From: Balanoglossus misakiensis
Taxonomy: Eukaryota; Animalia; Hemichordata
Assembly: GCA_040954595.2 (NCBI GenBank)
Contig: CM082585.2
Location: forward strand, 6,473,808-6,537,807
DNA: 64,000 bases
Reading direction: 5' to 3'
This document shows, one piece after another, positions 60,601 through 64,000 of this stretch. The notes beneath the pieces were generated by a model, which was not told the DNA's origin, searched no databases, and was given only the letters and a program-made list of their open reading frames with translations. The position numbers and the translations under genes were made by a program. Position 1 is the stretch's first letter. Each line of letters begins with the position of its first letter.

Positions 60601-61263
60601 AATTCCGTCATTTGGCGACACGACACGACATGAATACATAAAACACCCTTTATTATGCCGAACATAACGATGTGCTTACAATAAAATCAAGCGAGTGTCT
60701 GCCAAGTAAACGATCTTGAGAAAACAAGCTAGCTCCGGGTCTTTGTGCTGAGGATCCTGGGTCATTACGAAGCTAAGAGTTCCTGGTTTGCCATTTTAAG
60801 TAAAAGTTTAATGGTTTAATGGTTGCTGCGCTTGTACAAGTGGCACGGTGCATTAAAAATAGACAATTCCAACACATATATCGAAATTCAATGGCTACAT
60901 ATCTTAGATTCAAAAGGTTTATTCAGTTTGCTGTAAAAAATAGTATACTTTAGTTTTGATAACGAATATATCCTAAATAGATGAGAAAACCAGACAAATA
61001 CATGACATCATGGCCTTGACACGCAACGACTAACTTCCCCATAAACAGGTGTAGTTTAAACCTTTCATTTTAACAGAGCACTGCACAGACAAGTTTTCTC
61101 CCCACTCACCGGTGATCTCTGTCTCGCCGAGAACGTTTTCCAGTTGCAAGAGCGCATCGGCAACTTCCCACGGCAGAGAAGTCGTCAACCCCGCGGCGTT
61201 GGTGAGAGTTAACGCGCCGAGCAGGCAGACGGCCACGGCTGTCGCCACAAACTGTGTCGACAT
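57693..61263 (-). CDS. Secreted ~593 aa protein of unknown function: signal peptide, prodomain, furin site, papain-fold (peptidase C10/C39-like) C-terminal domain
   Basis: Exons 61263-61110 (MSTQFVATAVAVCLLGALTLTNA signal peptide), 59841-59540, 59283-59052, 58786-57693 are phase-compatible GT-AG, total 1782 nt. RRRKR|S precedes PDYEQ..CDSGSAAVAWAMVFGYYDR ... HYGV ... YIHHGNG..GNGW. The gene model is strong; the family call is an inference. Confidence 0.8.
59963..60054. mobile_element. Diverged piggyBac-like MITE copy
   Basis: ttaaccccttcaaccc...ccattgaaaacaatgggattgggcaaaaccatggtatcgaatgggataa. Confidence 0.6.
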
Positions 61264-62092
61264 CTTGCAATCTGTTGACACCACTTGCGATTTACAGCTT
61301 TCCAGGAAACACGATCAGAAACTTCTCTGTCGTGAAGTCCGGGGCTACCGGTTGAGGTGTACTAACTCAACGTTAACTTTACCTGGACTTTCACTCTGAT
61401 TACATGAATATGTATGACTTGGTTATAATAAAATATAAACGATGAACAGCCAACCGCACTGCCTTGGCATGACGTAGTTTAGAGGGAAGTTAAAAAAAAA
61501 ACGTCTTAAAACTTAATGTATTCCAGTACATGTATAACCCCAGATGTAACCCGGATATTTCCGGGTTGAGATGAAGGGCAATTGTCCGTTTTTCACACCG
61601 TTACGAGTTGAAAGGGCCATTTTTCCAGTGGTGGAACCATCGTAATAATAGTAAGTCGAAGTTGAACCCTTTTCTCGAAACACTAAGATGATAACGATAA
61701 AGTTTCGTTTAAATATACTAGTAAGTGCCGTATACCGGTAAATGTAGTAATTAAGTCGCTGTTGGGCATGTAAAAAGTAATTAGTATTTTTACGACCCAT
61801 GACGAGTGTTAAAACATTAAAAACCCATTAAAAATGGTTTTCATTGTCAACTCAATACAAAAATGCTTCCAAGTAATGAAAAATGTCGCCACAATGATCT
61901 AGATTTCGGCCCACAATTCCTCAGCAATCCACATCGAATGGATTTCCCTTTATTTCGCTATTTCAACTAGCTTGTGTAAACGCAGCTAAAATATATAGAA
62001 GCAAGCTAGTTGAAGACTGAGGTCAACGTGACTGTAATTTGATCCGAGTGCAGCGCCCTCCACATTATTTATTGGACTCATTGTATTCCAAC

Positions 62093-63824
62093 ATGGCGGC
62101 GGCTTGCGGTGGTATATGCGCCGAAAACCGACCGCTCAAAAGATCGAGGCTTGGACCGCCAGACGTTTACCTCCAAGATCCAAAACAAAAGGAGGTAAGC
62201 CTGGAAATGTTTCGTTGTACATTAAACCACTCCTCGATCCTCTATACCTTGTGTTTGTGCCGACCGGAGCGGTAGTACGATTCGTGATCGGAGGGGCAAT
62301 GTTTCCGTGTGTATGTTGTTGTGTTCATATCTCTGACGCTCATTTTGTGTTTGTTCAACATTAATTCACGACAGCAACATCGTACCAGTCACAGGATTTC
62401 GAAACGATTCAGATTTGGTTTCTGACTCACAGTGAAGCTAGATCCACACAAATTTTACATAATTTTTAAAGGGATAAATTTGAACTACACCGGAAGAAGA
62501 CTATGCAAATCTGAGTCCTCGAAGCGCCAGACACCGTAATGAGAGATTCCATTGTAAACATCCGTTGATGATAATACAGTTCAGTTTTTGTATTGACTAT
62601 AAACGACACATTTAAATGGCAAAAAATGCATATCTGAGTGTTCTAAAGAAAAATGGTGGTGCTCTTTTTTCGCATGTGCCACCCACTGAAAATTTGTGAT
62701 CTCAGTTTGCCATGGTAACTGTAGGTAAATTTGCATGACTGGTATATTGATAAAAAAAGGATGGCAATCACGTCCTCAAATGACCCAAACACAAGGTCAT
62801 AATTATAGATTGCCACTTTTTTCTGTTCTGTTTCTGACAATAACTTTGATTTCTTTTGACAGGATGAGTTGACAGCTACCAATGTCAAGCAAGGATTCAG
62901 TAACACGCCATTTTTTGGTGATGAGGTATTTCATTTCAGTTGTTCATTTCAAGACAGTTTTTCGAACACTTATGGATCTCAGAATCTCATTGGATAGACC
63001 CAATAGATAGTACACATACCAGTATTATTATTAAAAATATGTGGTTTCATAGACCTCATCATGTTGTATATATTTTTTGTTGTTCACAGTATGGAACAGC
63101 TAGGAATAGCAACATTAATCCAAGTCGGGTAAGTGAAATTCATTCTTGACTAAGTATGAAAGACCATTAGTTATTACTAGTAGCTTCAAAGTATGTTTTC
63201 CACTTTGATATACACATGTACATGTATTTGTAGTGTAATGCAATTATACAATTATCAAAATTACAAGATTAGGCATTTTCATTTTAGAAATGCTATGTAC
63301 AATGTCTGTATATCAAACTTCTATATTTACAAACCATTGCTTTCTGTGTCATATATAAATGATAATGTTTTTTTCTTTTCACAGTTTGGAACCTACTTCA
63401 GTGCTATTATTGCCGAGAAACAGAAGTTGAACACTTTTCAAGACACTGGAAAGAGAAAACAACAGATTAGCAAAGATAATTTCTGGCCTGTAAGTATATG
63501 TGTGCTGTAGTTCAGATAGTTGTAAATCAAATGGACAACAACTCATTTGAACCTCATGCTTGATTTATACCAGGGATTAAGTTCAGGTGTTTGTTGCTGT
63601 TGCTGGCAACGTTCCAAACGCCCACTTGTGCACATGCAAAATCTTGCTGACCCTTTTATATGGATTTTTGGTCATGAAATTTTGAAAATTGTAAAATTCT
63701 CAGTTTTAGATTTATTTTTGCATTGCTTTTTTCTTTGTAGGTGACACAGAGATCCAAGAACTCTTTGCAGACATGGTTTCAAGACTTAGCTGGAAACAAG
63801 TCCCTTATGGTTATGGCCAAAAAG
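62093..63824 (+). CDS. MED12: Mediator subunit 12 (MED12/MED12L), 5' exons; gene continues beyond the window
   Basis: Exons approx: 62093-62194 ([22 protein letters not shown]), 62863-62925 ([12 protein letters not shown]), 63090-63128, 63384-63489 ([23 protein letters not shown]), 63741-63824 ([15 protein letters not shown]). Confidence 0.95.
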
Positions 63825-63881
63825 GTAGTTGTTGTCACCTTTATTTGCATCTACAAAATTATAATTTACCTATGCCTGAAG

Positions 63882-64000
63882 TACAGTGAAATCTGTCTGT
63901 TAAGGACACCTCTGGGACCTGAAAATCTGTCCTTAATAGAGAGGTGTCCTGATTAGAGAGGTGTCTATAATGACAAGTTTCTCTGTAAATGGTCAAAAGG
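63882..64000. mobile_element. Tc1/mariner (Tigger-like) MITE, truncated by the window edge
   Basis: TA-CAGTGAAATCTGTC..TAAGGACACCTC left terminus with repeated agagaggtgtc subterminal motifs. Confidence 0.6.

Overview
AT-rich, intron-rich animal genomic DNA, probably from an invertebrate deuterostome (inferred from gene content, not proven). In order the window holds: a decayed MULE/NOF-like transposase remnant; two tandem intronless AUH-like enoyl-CoA hydratase genes (-); a 21-exon type II membrane trefoil + GH31 maltase-glucoamylase-like gene (+); an ectodysplasin-A-like collagen/TNF ligand (+); PINCH/LIMS (-) head-to-head with an endosomal Na+/H+ exchanger NHE6/7/9 (+) carrying three U12 introns (one AT-AC); CEP63/DEUP1 (-); tRNA-Val(CAC); a C6orf163-like coiled-coil gene (+); a secreted, furin-site-containing papain-fold (C10/C39-like) protein of unknown function (-); and the 5' end of MED12 (+). 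Many short MITEs are scattered through introns. The two most striking observations are apparent pseudo-enzymes in intact genes. The GH31 protein reads WI-KQNEP instead of WI-DMNEP (catalytic nucleophile Asp->Lys), with three further active-site Asp->Asn changes. The secreted peptidase-like protein has Ser where the catalytic Cys is expected. Exon coordinates were read by eye and may be off by a few bases; family assignments come from recognised motifs, not database searches.
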